Source of the DNA: Microcoleus sp.
GTDB taxonomy: Bacteria > Cyanobacteriota > Cyanobacteriia > Cyanobacteriales > Microcoleaceae
Length of the DNA: 64,000 bases
Direction: 5' to 3'
NCBI GenBank assembly: GCA_042408215.1
Contig: JAYFMW010000006.1
Coordinates: 512,001-576,000 of the forward strand
In this document: positions 32,702 through 43,216 of the stretch, one piece after another
Layout: each line of letters starts with the position of its first letter
Position numbering within the stretch: position 1 is the stretch's first letter
Translations under genes and position numbers: made by a program
Notes under the pieces: generated by a model
Told to the model about the DNA's origin: nothing
Database searches by the model: none
What the model saw: only the letters and a program-made list of their open reading frames with translations

Positions 32702-32985
32702 GCTGCTGTGCGTCCTGATTGACTTTTGGGAGAGAGGGGGAAGGGGGAGAGGGGGAGAGGGGGAGAGGGGGAGGGAGGATAGGGGGACAGGAATTAAGGG
32801 TTTTCCACAACGGAAGTCAGCCGATTTGAGGTTTGAGATGGGAGATTGGAGATTTGAGAATTACTCCTAACCTAAAATCCCAGATCTTTTAGTCCCGAGA
32901 TCAGATTCAGTATCCGTAAGTCCTGAAAAACGTTAAAGTAAGAAAAAACTCGGAAATTGTAAGGGTTTGCTTCAAAGTTCGGCTG

Positions 32986-35900
32986 ATGGGAAATCGGGAG
33001 AACCAGTCAATTTCTAATTTAGGTGGAGTGGGTGTTGGCGATCGCAATAATGGGTCAGAAGCACTGTGGCTGCGCGATCGAGCCTTGGCCGCTACTAGCA
33101 ACGGTATTGTGATTGCTGATGCTCAAGCCCCCGACAGTCCAATAATTTATTGCAATCCAGGCTTTGAACGGATTACAGGTTACAGTACCCAGGAAGTCTT
33201 GGGGCGTAACTGTCGGTTTTTGCAAGGCCCTGATACCGATCGGGCTACCGTAGCTAACATCCGCGACGCGATCGGCAAAGGTCGAGAATGCCAGGTAATC
33301 ATCAAAAATTACCGCAAAGACGGCACTGCTTTTTGGAACAAATTGTCCCTGTCTCCTCTGCGAGACGACAGCGGTAATTTGACTCACTTTGTCGGAATTC
33401 TTTCTGACTTATCCGAACGCATAGAAGTGCAGGAAGCATTGCAGCAAGCTAATGACCAACTGCAAACCATTTTGGAAGCAGTTCCGGGAATAGTATCTTG
33501 GATTAGCTCCGATTTGCGCTATTTGGGCGTTAACGGCCATTTAGCCACACTTCACGGTTTGCTACCGTCGGCGTTTGTTGGTCAAGATATCGGATTTCTG
33601 GGCGCTAGCTCGGATTTTGACTCTTTTGTGAGGGAGTTTTTTGCGCTCAACGCTACTGAAGCGGTGAAAGAACTCAGCGCTAGGGTCAAAACTGGCGAAG
33701 ACCAGTCTGCGGGACACTATTTGATTGTGGCTCAAAAGTACGATCGAGGTAAAGCAGCCTGTTTGGTAGGGATTGACATCACCGAACGCAAGCGGGCAGA
33801 AGACGCTCTGGTGCTGACTCGTAAAGCCGTGGAAAGTTCGAGCGATGCGATCGGCATGGCTGATGTCTCCGGCACTCATATCTATCAAAATCCAGCCTTT
33901 TCTCAGCTATTTGAATACTCTACAGCAGCGGAATTTAAGCAGGCTGGGGGTATAGCCGCAGTTTTTGCTGACCCCGCAGTCGCCTCGCAGATCCTCGACA
34001 CGATCGCCCAGGGTTATTCTTGGTGTGGCGAAGTTACTAACCGCACTAAAAGTGGCCGGATTTTGCAAGTGCTGCTGCGGGCCGATGCTATTAAAGACCC
34101 CACCGGGCAAATTGTCGGTCTGATCTACATTAATACCGATATTACCGATCGCAAACGCACAGAACAAGAACTGCGGAAAAGTGAGAAGCGCTTTCGATCG
34201 CTGATTGAAAATGCTAGAGATATTATTGTGATTCTCGACGAGAAAGGTTTCTGCCGCTATGTGTCTCCTTCCCAAGAGCGGATTTTGGGCTACCCGACGG
34301 CGGAAGTGCTCGGTCAGTCTATATTCGACCTGATTCACCCCGACGAATTGCCAATGGTGGCTCAGGTGTTCAAAGGAGTCATCGAAATGCCGAGAATTGG
34401 CTTGGGATTGGCGGAGTATCGGGTGCGGCACAAGGATGGTTTCTGGTGCAGTTTGGAAGCCGTAGCGACGAATTTGCTCGACGAGCCTTCGGTGCGAGGC
34501 ATTGTGGTCAATTGCCACGACGTGACAGAGCGCAAAATAGCAGAAGATAAGTTATTGCACGATGCTTTGCACGACGCCCTCACCGAGTTACCGAACCGGG
34601 CTTTGCTAACCGATCGATTGGGACAAGCTTTTGCCCGCGTCAAACGACATCCGAGCTGTCAGTTTGCGGTGCTGTTTCTGGATTTGGACAGGTTTAAGGT
34701 GATTAATGACAGTCAGGGACACCGCACGGGCGATCGACTTTTGGTGACTGTGGCTCGCCGTCTCTTGACTTGTTTGCGCCCTGGTGATACGGTGGCGCGT
34801 TTGGGGGGAGACGAGTTTGTGATTTTGCTCGAGGAAATTCAAGGTGTTGATGAGGCGATCGCCCAAGCTAAGGAAATTGAAAGGGCGATCGAACAACCGC
34901 TATATTTGGAGGGGAATAAAGTTTCAATTAGTGCTAGCATTGGCATTGCTTTGAGCACCGACGAATATCAGTGGCCTGGAGATATTTTGCGAGATGCTGA
35001 TATTGCCATGTACCGTGCAAAAGCCCTCGGCAAAGCTCGCTACGAAGTGTTTACCAGTGCGATGCACACTCGGGCTGTGGCTTTGATGCACTTGGAACAC
35101 GATTTGCGGCATTCGGTTGAACAACTGAATTTGAAAAATTCGATGTGGGATTTGGAATTGGGGAATACTGGACTAAAATCTGCGCTCTCGTCGATCAATA
35201 TGCAGTTACAGTCTCTCACATCTTCTATTTCAATTCCTAAATTGGCATCTCCTTTTGTGGTTCACTACCAGCCAATTGTTTGTTTAAAAAGTGGCTTAGT
35301 TGCCGGATTTGAAGCCCTCGTGCGCTGGGTGCACCCGGAACGGGGTTTGGTTTCCCCGATCGAATTCATTGCAATGGCCGAGGAAACCGGGCTAATTATT
35401 CCCTTGGGTTTGTGGGTTTTGAGCGAAAGTTGTCGCCAAATTATTAAATGGCAGAGTTTGAAATTACCTGTGGCGAATGGGCGGTTAACAGTAGCTGTCA
35501 ATCTTTCGGGTAGGCAGTTTTCGCAGCCGCAGTCGATCGAGCAAATTAAGAAAGTTTTGCAGCAAACAGGGGTAAACCCTCACTGTTTGAAGTTGGAGAT
35601 TACCGAGAGCGTGGTGATGGAAGATGGCGCCGCGGCAACGACTATGCTCTCGCAGTTGAAAGAGTTGGGGATTGAGCTGTCCATTGACGATTTTGGCACT
35701 GGTTATTCTTCTTTGAGTTATTTGCACAAATTCCCGATCGATATTTTGAAAATCGATCGCTCTTTTGTCAGCCGCATCGGAGAAAAAGGGGAAAATTTGG
35801 AAATCGTCAAGGCGATCGTCATGCTAGCTAGCAGTTTGAGGATGGAGGTAGTCGCAGAAGGTGTCGAAACCGCCGTTCAATTGGCTCAATTACGGGCGAT

Positions 35901-35991
35901 CGGCTGCGAGTACGGTCAGGGATACTTTTTCTCTAAACCACTCGATAGCGACGCAGCTACAGCCTTATTAAGTCGATCGCCCAAATGGTAA
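32986..35991 (+). CDS. LOV/PAS-GGDEF-EAL diguanylate cyclase/phosphodiesterase
   Basis: LOV motif GRNCRFLQG, further PAS domains, GGDEF, EALVRW and DDFGTGYSS. Confidence 0.95.
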   Translation: MGNRENQSISNLGGVGVGDRNNGSEALWLRDRALAATSNGIVIADAQAPDSPIIYCNPGFERITGYSTQEVLGRNCRFLQGPDTDRATVANIRDAIGKGRECQVIIKNYRKDGTAFWNKLSLSPLRDDSGNLTHFVGILSDLSERIEVQEALQQANDQLQTILEAVPGIVSWISSDLRYLGVNGHLATLHGLLPSAFVGQDIGFLGASSDFDSFVREFFALNATEAVKELSARVKTGEDQSAGHYLIVAQKYDRGKAACLVGIDITERKRAEDALVLTRKAVESSSDAIGMADVSGTHIYQNPAFSQLFEYSTAAEFKQAGGIAAVFADPAVASQILDTIAQGYSWCGEVTNRTKSGRILQVLLRADAIKDPTGQIVGLIYINTDITDRKRTEQELRKSEKRFRSLIENARDIIVILDEKGFCRYVSPSQERILGYPTAEVLGQSIFDLIHPDELPMVAQVFKGVIEMPRIGLGLAEYRVRHKDGFWCSLEAVATNLLDEPSVRGIVVNCHDVTERKIAEDKLLHDALHDALTELPNRALLTDRLGQAFARVKRHPSCQFAVLFLDLDRFKVINDSQGHRTGDRLLVTVARRLLTCLRPGDTVARLGGDEFVILLEEIQGVDEAIAQAKEIERAIEQPLYLEGNKVSISASIGIALSTDEYQWPGDILRDADIAMYRAKALGKARYEVFTSAMHTRAVALMHLEHDLRHSVEQLNLKNSMWDLELGNTGLKSALSSINMQLQSLTSSISIPKLASPFVVHYQPIVCLKSGLVAGFEALVRWVHPERGLVSPIEFIAMAEETGLIIPLGLWVLSESCRQIIKWQSLKLPVANGRLTVAVNLSGRQFSQPQSIEQIKKVLQQTGVNPHCLKLEITESVVMEDGAAATTMLSQLKELGIELSIDDFGTGYSSLSYLHKFPIDILKIDRSFVSRIGEKGENLEIVKAIVMLASSLRMEVVAEGVETAVQLAQLRAIGCEYGQGYFFSKPLDSDAATALLSRSPKW

Positions 35992-36161
35992 TCCGTCTCC
36001 GGGGGACGAAAGATCCCTCTTGTCCCCCCCTTGTTAAGGGGGGCTAGGGGGGATCGAGAGGAATGTGGACTTCTTTTAGTAGGGTGGTACGAGGCAATTT
36101 CTATCAAACTGATTCCGATCTACAATATAAACTGTATAAAAGTCAACTCATAGCAAAAAAT

Positions 36162-36954
36162 ATGTCTCAATCGATCGCCCAAGTTGTACCAGAAAAGCAA
36201 ATTGATAATTCCCCAACATTAACCTTTGAAGAATACCGAGTTTACCAAGGCAGATTCTGATGTACAATACGAACTGTACAAAGGCCAATTAATCCCGATA
36301 CCAACAGCAACAGTTTTACACATCAAAATTTGCGAATATTTAGTTTACAAATTGCAGCGTTATCTCGCTGAACACAATCTCGATTTAGTCGTAAAAACTT
36401 CTGTAGGAGTCAGAACAGAAGATGCCACATCCCGCATTCCCGATGTAGTTGTCTGCACAGAAAGTTTGTGGGAACAAGCTCTTGCAAGACCCGGTTCAGG
36501 CATCCTTGACTTTGATGAAACGCCGTTATTAGTGATAGAAGTGGTGAGCCAAGATCGGCGGGCAGACTATATAACTAAACGAGGAGAGTACGAACAAGCT
36601 AACGTGCCGGAATATGTGATTGTTGACCCAGCAGAAAACAGGCATCGGGTGCGACTTATGGCATTTCTCGAAGGTGATGACATTTATACAGAGGTAAATT
36701 ACTTGCCGGGAGAAGAAATGGTATCTGTAGTATTTCCCACTCTTGCATTATCAGTCAATGAAATACTTTGTCCGCCATTGGTGGAAGGGTTGATTAAGGA
36801 AGAACAAGCGCGATTGTTGGAACTCGGACAGCAAGCTGCAACGGAACGCCAACGCGCTGATGATGAGCGTCAACGCGCTGATGATGAGCATCAACGCGCT
36901 GAAAGGTTAGCTGCGAGGTTGCGGGAGTTGGGAGTAGATCCTGATACTGTTTAG
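36162..36954 (+). pseudogene. Uma2-family endonuclease with a +1 frameshift near 36250
   Basis: ATG at 36162 is homologous to the intact copy at 52942. RIPDVVV...LVIEVVS lies in the next frame. Confidence 0.8.
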
Positions 36955-37013
36955 GGGATTGGATGAAGTGCGTGAAGGGAAGCTATCCCGAAGGGAATCG
37001 CCCTTGTTTAGTC

Positions 37014-38474
37014 TCAACTATCCAGCGGTAAATCGCGGAGGAAATAAAAGCGATCGCGCCGCCAATCCTCTCCTTTAATTCGCCCTGCATAGTTTGTCAA
37101 AGGAGAGGAAAGCTCAACAAGAATTTCGTGCAAGTCTTTGGGTGATAAGGGTTTAAGTGCATTAGACATTGCATAAGCACCACTAAGAGCATCGACACTT
37201 GCTCGTTCAAAACCAGTATTTTCCTGATACTTTTTCAGAATAGAAAGAACCTGCGATCGCAAGTTAATTTCTCGTTCAACTTGCTCAATATATTTACCAA
37301 CTTCATCATCAGATTGTCCCGGTTTTAAGTATTCTTTCAGTTTAAATAAGTCCACTGAGTTAGGATAGTTGCTTTGAAGTTTAACCAGTTTTTCAAGCGT
37401 CTCAGGGTTCATAATCGCCATACCGTGTAATTGAGCTGCATCCTTAACTTGAGTAGTTGGAACACCAGGGCCAATAATTAGCTTAGTGACTCTTTTGAGT
37501 AATGCTTCATCTCTCAGGCGTAGGGTTCCTAAATTCAGCAATTGAACTGCTGTATCATTAGGGATTTTTTTACCCGCTTTGCATTCACCAACCAGAGGGT
37601 AAGGTTTTGAGCAGAATAAATCTAAGCCGCCAGCACCACCTTTGTGAGCATAATCTATTGTAAATCCCAAAAACTCAAGGCTATCGCGCACTACATTTTC
37701 AAAGTCGGTTCCTGCTTGATAGTTACTTTTACCCGTATCTTCTTCTTTGCTGCGATTCCCCAAAGCTGCTATAGTGTTGATCCAAGCTAAATCGGGTTGA
37801 ATTGGTTTTACAGGCTTGTCGCTACTCCAACCTAGAAATATTTTGATTTCTGCATCTAGTTGTTTGGCGTTTTGGTTGGTATTTGATAAAAGCGCGATCG
37901 CACTTTGCAACTCTTCCAACTCTGGATGCTCAGGAGGCTCTAGTTTTTCCAGTTGTTTGCGACGTTTAGCAAACAGAAAATCGCTCAAAACAGGCGTTGA
38001 ATCAGTAACATTTAGAGACTTTGGCAAAGATACAAAATTGCTGCTAGATTGCACAGACATTTCAAATGGCTGAGGTAGCAAATAAACCCGCAGGTAAGCT
38101 ACAAAAATAAAAGGACGCTGCTGGAGAATTTGCTGTAATGCCTTTGTTTTCCAGACTGTTAATCGCGACAAAGCCTCTAATGATTCAGGAGCATTCAGCA
38201 TTTGGCACAATTCGCATTTAGCCCAAGCTTTAATTAAAACTGTGTCAGAATTCAATTCAGAAAGTGCCGTTTGGGAAGTGGGCAAAAAACTTGAACGATA
38301 GTGTTGCTCGTGAGGTAGCAAATTAATGGAGATATTGGCTGGATATAGAGCATATGACTGACCATACTCGATAAACACCCGAGGTATGGCTGCAATCATT
38401 CGCCCTTGGATTAAAGCCTCAATATCTGGAGCTGGTAGAAGTAGAGCACTCTCAATTAACACTGATTTCTTCAT
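37014..38474 (-). CDS. DUF1802-like N-terminal domain fused to a PD-(D/E)XK restriction-like nuclease
   Basis: GTDFE...GLDL...GECKAG nuclease signature. The N-terminal assignment is from recall only. Confidence 0.7.
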   Translation of the reverse strand: MKKSVLIESALLLPAPDIEALIQGRMIAAIPRVFIEYGQSYALYPANISINLLPHEQHYRSSFLPTSQTALSELNSDTVLIKAWAKCELCQMLNAPESLEALSRLTVWKTKALQQILQQRPFIFVAYLRVYLLPQPFEMSVQSSSNFVSLPKSLNVTDSTPVLSDFLFAKRRKQLEKLEPPEHPELEELQSAIALLSNTNQNAKQLDAEIKIFLGWSSDKPVKPIQPDLAWINTIAALGNRSKEEDTGKSNYQAGTDFENVVRDSLEFLGFTIDYAHKGGAGGLDLFCSKPYPLVGECKAGKKIPNDTAVQLLNLGTLRLRDEALLKRVTKLIIGPGVPTTQVKDAAQLHGMAIMNPETLEKLVKLQSNYPNSVDLFKLKEYLKPGQSDDEVGKYIEQVEREINLRSQVLSILKKYQENTGFERASVDALSGAYAMSNALKPLSPKDLHEILVELSSPLTNYAGRIKGEDWRRDRFYFLRDLPLDS

Positions 38475-40331
38475 TCCTTACTCAAATTACTAGGAACCTG
38501 ACCAGACGGATCGCTCAAAATTTCACAGATGACATAATTGTCAACTACTAGCTTCTTTCTGGCAATAAAATCAAAAAGTGCTGCCTCAGTAAAATCATAG
38601 TTTTCACGACTGCAATAAAGCGATCGGATAGCTAGAAGAGCCTTGATGTTATCATTTGTCAACTTTACCCATTCCCCACCTAATTTAGGAGACAAAAGAT
38701 CGCTTAAATACCCTTGAGCTTTAGTCGCACCGGGATTAATCTCTTTGGAACGAACTAAGCATCCACGAGTGATATTAAACTTTTTATAGTCGATTAGACG
38801 CTTCAATCCAGCTTGTACACCCATCCCACTAGGTATTTGAAGAACCATTACTCCAATTTTGATGGGGTTTCCATTTTCCTCACCTATGATTTTGAAGTCC
38901 AGACCGTAGCTTTTTTCTGACGCACTGCACCTAATCTTTTCAAGACTAATGATTTTAACATTTTCTAAAGTCTGTCCAATTATGGTGGAGAAGCTCAGCC
39001 AAAGAGCATCAGCTAATGTAATTTTCTCGTCCAGCAAGGTTGTTAGGGAATTTTCAACAGATATAAGTGCCTTGTTATATTCAATTTCAACAAGGTCTTT
39101 TGGTGGTGGTGGATTGGGGGTATCAAGAGTTTTAAAGTTTTCCAAACACCATGTCAACACTCTTCTAGCAGAACTATCAGAATTTCTGCCCAAGTCTCGC
39201 AATTGATTTTCTTCAAAAGGATATATTGGACTATGGGGAATTAAATTGCTTGACTGATAAAACTCTTTCATCCATAGCGAAACTAGCTGAACAATAGAGT
39301 CACCATCCATAAATTTTAATGGGATTGGATCTCCTCTTTTAGAAACTCGATCTACGACTCCACCAGGCATAAGCTTGATCTTCTGTGTCCATGTATCAGG
39401 CATCATTACGGTTAGAATTACAAAACCTTTACTTTGTTCAGAAAGTTGAATGTCATCTACCAAAGGCTTAATTAAACCAGCTATCGCTAGTGGTCTTGTT
39501 AAGCCACTTTCGGGATCAACTCTGTTATCCAAATCTAGTTCATCAAAACAAATAACTAGAGGCTTATATTCGCTAACCAAACTCAAAATTTGCGAAATCG
39601 TCTTAAAGGCTTCAGCATTTTGATATTTCTCTTCTGTGCTAGGATTGGGTAATCCCATAGCATTAGCCCTCACTTCAGCCAAGTTCTTTCCAGATAACCA
39701 CTTAACTGCAAAATCTGAATAGTCTTCTGAGAGTGTCCAAAAAATGGCACGAATAATATCAGGGTCACTGCGTCTTATTCGCCTGTATTTAGTTACCAAC
39801 TCATCTACCCAGTTATTATTTTCGGCTTGACTATATTTTTCCACTACCTTCTTAGCTGAAATAGTCTCTGCATTGGAATTTACATTTCTACCCACTTGGT
39901 TAACCATAGCTGCTGCTAGTTCCTGCCACTGCGTTACCCCTTGACTACCATTGTGATTGAGACTATCGGCTAAAGTTTGTAGAAAGTAATAATTAACAAA
40001 CTTTATGTCGTATGTCTCCACACCTGCATAAATAAATAAGGCACTGCCATCAGCTTTAAGACGATGATGAATACGACTAATAACATGGCTCTTGCCAACT
40101 CCTTTACTAGCTATGATGACCATTGAAGTTACTTTTTCACTGGTTCTTTGAGCAGAATGAACTCGGTCGATTGCCTGATAAACTGCATCCGAAGCATGAG
40201 CATTCAGCGTCGTAACATCAGGGAAACCCTGCTCCCAAACGTCTTGTTCTCTGACAACGGCAGCACCAGTTGGAAATGGGTTATAACTTTGAATAGCTGC
40301 GTTGAGTTCTTCAATTCGAGAGAATAGTCAT
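38471..40331 (-). CDS. P-loop (AAA+-like) ATPase; ATG at 40331 is +1 out of frame
   Basis: Walker A ASKGVGKS and Walker B VICFDELD. The open frame extends upstream of 40123 to about 40327 (IEELNAAIQSYNPF). Confidence 0.8.
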
Positions 40332-40388
40332 AGTGATTTGTGTGAGGTAAAGAACTGAACCAGAATGAAGCTTGAGAAGCTTTATCGT

Positions 40389-41118
40389 TTAAGCTTGAGA
40401 AATTAAGCGCGTTGGCGTAGTAGCGTAATTCACCCAATGACGTTATGATGGAGTCTTCAGCTTTATCAGGCGTGATCTCTGTCATTTCGCCCCCCTGAAG
40501 CAGGAAAAAGCCATTAGCCTGCATTTCCAACAGCCACTCATTAAACTCCGATCGCCCTAACCTTTCCCCGATCGCCCGCCGCATCCGATAAATCGGCACT
40601 AAATCATCTAAGTTATAATCCCGGTTCAAGCTGTCATACACATCCAACGCCACAGCCTTAAATTCTTCATAGGATGCGATCGCCCCTACATCCCCCTTCC
40701 CCGCCTCAACACCAACACCCACCGCACCATCCTGATGCCGAATCCACTTCAACAAAGCATTTCCCAGCCGCGTACCAATTTGAGAACCATCAAACTCAAA
40801 CAGAGAATCCCGACTTTTCAAGCCATCCGCTAAAACTTCTTTCCCCCACGCGCTCAATTCCACCAGCGTCACCCGATTTGACAGCGAATAGACGATCGCC
40901 CCAGCATCCTTTAACTCGTCGAGCACCCCCCGATATCTCTCACTCGTCTCATTAGTACGCACAATCCGCTTAGTCAAATCGCCTTTTTTAACCATCATTT
41001 TGTCGCCGCCCAAATCCCACAAATTCAGCAGCACCCGAACTTTAGCCTTAGCATCCCACACCGCTTGCTCTTCGGCTGTCAAAGTCTTAGACACCGCAAT
41101 TTCATTTTTCTCAGACAT
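40389..41118 (-). CDS. hypothetical protein with two putative winged-helix domains
   Basis: Removing one base near 40411 gives YYAKRLISQA* ending at 40389. Otherwise it reads through to 40204, overlapping the ATPase. Confidence 0.65.
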
Positions 41119-41399
41119 ATCTATACCTTCAAATACTTGATCTCACCCTCGAATTATATCATAAATCTTGCTGAAAAAACATCTCAAATTTGCAGCCAAT
41201 TCTACGCGAGGCTGCGAACAACTTATGCAAATTTCCGGCTTAAATACTTTTGTCACTCATCCGCACCCTTAAACTCGATTATCAAAAAAAATAGGATTGA
41301 CTAAAAGGTTGTTTATTGATATAATATGCCGTCCGAAAGTAGCGGGGAGGTGCGCAATGCGCACCCTACAGATAGAGTTTATGCGTCCAGGACTATTTA

Positions 41400-41867
41400 T
41401 TAACTCTCCTTCCTCCCGTCCAAATATGCTTTAACTTCCCTCAAAACTTGCCGATTTGCATCAAAAGTAATCAAATTAATAGCTTCCTCAAAACAAATCC
41501 AAGCAGAATTTTGAATTTCCGCTTCTTGCAACTGAACTTCCATCGAATTTACAAAAGCCACAAAGTAAGTAACAATCTTTTCAATTGGCTCTCCTTCCTT
41601 AGCAAAGGAATAATGTTTAACAGAACTTGGCTTCCCTTCCTGAACAAAGGAATAATGTTCTACAAAACTCGGCTCCTCAAGCACTTCATACTCGCGGATG
41701 CCAGTTTCCTCCTCCAATTCCCGCTTCGCCGTTTCCAGTGCAGATTCCCCCGGATCGGCGTGACCTTTAGGAAACGCCCAATGTCCGGCTTGATGTTGAA
41801 TCAACAAAAACAAACTATCAGTTTCATTCGTAAAAATTGGCACAATCCCAAAACATTCATCTTTCAT
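41400..41867 (-). CDS. NUDIX hydrolase (Ap4A hydrolase-like)
   Basis: Nudix box HWAFPKGHADPGESALETAKRELEEETG. Confidence 0.93.
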   Translation of the reverse strand: MKDECFGIVPIFTNETDSLFLLIQHQAGHWAFPKGHADPGESALETAKRELEEETGIREYEVLEEPSFVEHYSFVQEGKPSSVKHYSFAKEGEPIEKIVTYFVAFVNSMEVQLQEAEIQNSAWICFEEAINLITFDANRQVLREVKAYLDGRKES

Positions 41868-41976
41868 ATCTTTTCTATTTCCTATTGCTAACTAATCCAT
41901 TTTTTTGTTCTTTAGTCCGCTATGAGTGGACTTCGTTTTTGTAGACGCGATTTCCAATCGCCGGTAATTTGTGGTG

Positions 41977-42711
41977 TTAACTCAAACCCCACCCCAACCG
42001 AGTCTGCTGCTCATAAACCCGCTTCAAAGTATTAACATCCCTCGCCGAAATAGGCGGAGGATTTCTCACCTGAGAAAAATAAAGCACATCAGTTTCCATC
42101 AAACTGTGACCCCAAATTCCCAAAGCGTGACCCAACTCATGCCGCGCCGTCGCCGCAATATACTTACCCACTTGATTCGGATTCAAATAAACCGAAAACC
42201 GATGAGATAATAGAGTTTGATCGCCCTCCTGACTCGAATACAACTCATAGACAGCTTCTCCCGATCGCGATCGCAAATGCCCTTGCCGCAAAGGCGGAGC
42301 CTGACGTAAAATTTTAATATCAGCAACCTCCGAACTTTCCACCACTTCCAAAGGCAAATAAACCCCCCATTCCCGCACAACATCCAACACAGCCCCTAGC
42401 CAATCTTCAGAGCGATTAATATTAACCGGATGCTCCACATAAACCTTAATCGGAAACTTCGACCAAACCAAATGACCGACATTCGGCGGCTTCACAAGGT
42501 CAAAATAATCGCCGCTATTAGTTGAATCTTGCCAATTAGCCAGCGTTGGCGGCAAAGAGTGAACCTGTGGCTCTGGCCAACTATTCGACAGAGGAGGAAG
42601 ACTCGCAGCAGGAATATTAACCTGAGTCAAAATTATCAGGCTAAAACAACATAAAGCCAAGGAAAACACTGCCAGCGATCGCAATTTTCTCGTAACTTTC
42701 CACAACCACAT
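41977..42711 (-). CDS. secreted zinc metallopeptidase (matrixin-like)
   Basis: HELGHALGIWGHS and an N-terminal hydrophobic segment. Confidence 0.88.
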   Translation of the reverse strand: MWLWKVTRKLRSLAVFSLALCCFSLIILTQVNIPAASLPPLSNSWPEPQVHSLPPTLANWQDSTNSGDYFDLVKPPNVGHLVWSKFPIKVYVEHPVNINRSEDWLGAVLDVVREWGVYLPLEVVESSEVADIKILRQAPPLRQGHLRSRSGEAVYELYSSQEGDQTLLSHRFSVYLNPNQVGKYIAATARHELGHALGIWGHSLMETDVLYFSQVRNPPPISARDVNTLKRVYEQQTRLGWGLS

Positions 42712-42804
42712 TTTTGCAACCGCAGATACAAGCAAATAAACGCAGATGAACTTGATATGATCTGCGTCTATCTGCGTTCATCTGCGGTTAAAAATCCTCA
42801 TCTT

Positions 42805-42952
42805 TTGACACTCTCATGTCTAAAAACACTGAGATTCTTGGTTCTACGAGACGACTTGCCGAGGCCGGATTACTCCAACTTCAGCAGTGGTCATCTCTCC
42901 CCAAACGTTGCTCGGATCTAGTCCGAAAGTTTCGGTATGCCCTACCGTACTC
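42805..42952 (-). ncRNA. TnpB-type omegaRNA (reRNA) scaffold
   Basis: ACGGTAGGGCATACCGAAAC...ACGTTTGGGGAGAG...GAACCAAGAATCTC...GTCAA, typical of IS605 tnpB 3' ends. Confidence 0.7.
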
Positions 42953-43216
42953 AATGAGTTTTTTTTCTAGTTAAGTCTTGTCCAAATCTAGCTTTCCTAA
43001 ACTGCAACACCGTTAGGTGAGACCACGTACTCAACCAATCTAGTTAAGTTTTTACGTTGTTTAGTTATACTCAATTTTTGACTTAATGCTAACCATAGCA
43101 CATAAAATGTGTGGAGGATGTGTTCAACCAAGAAAGAGCGCGGTGACTAAAGTCACAGGGGTCGCTTAGCTCTGGGCCCTTTCATAGACTGAGTTTTACG
43201 CTTACCGAGTAACCCT
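42805..43216 (-). mobile_element. non-autonomous IS200/IS605 mini-element with TnpB-type right end, no ORF
   Basis: Right end GAAT-CTCAGTGTTTTTAGACATGAG-AGTG-TCAA. Left end follows TTAT and contains CTCGGTAAG..AAAACTCAG. Confidence 0.8.

Noticed and set aside
40204..40388. C-terminal extension of the wHTH protein
   Set aside because: Overlaps the ATPase N-terminal coding frame and is explained by a single extra base.
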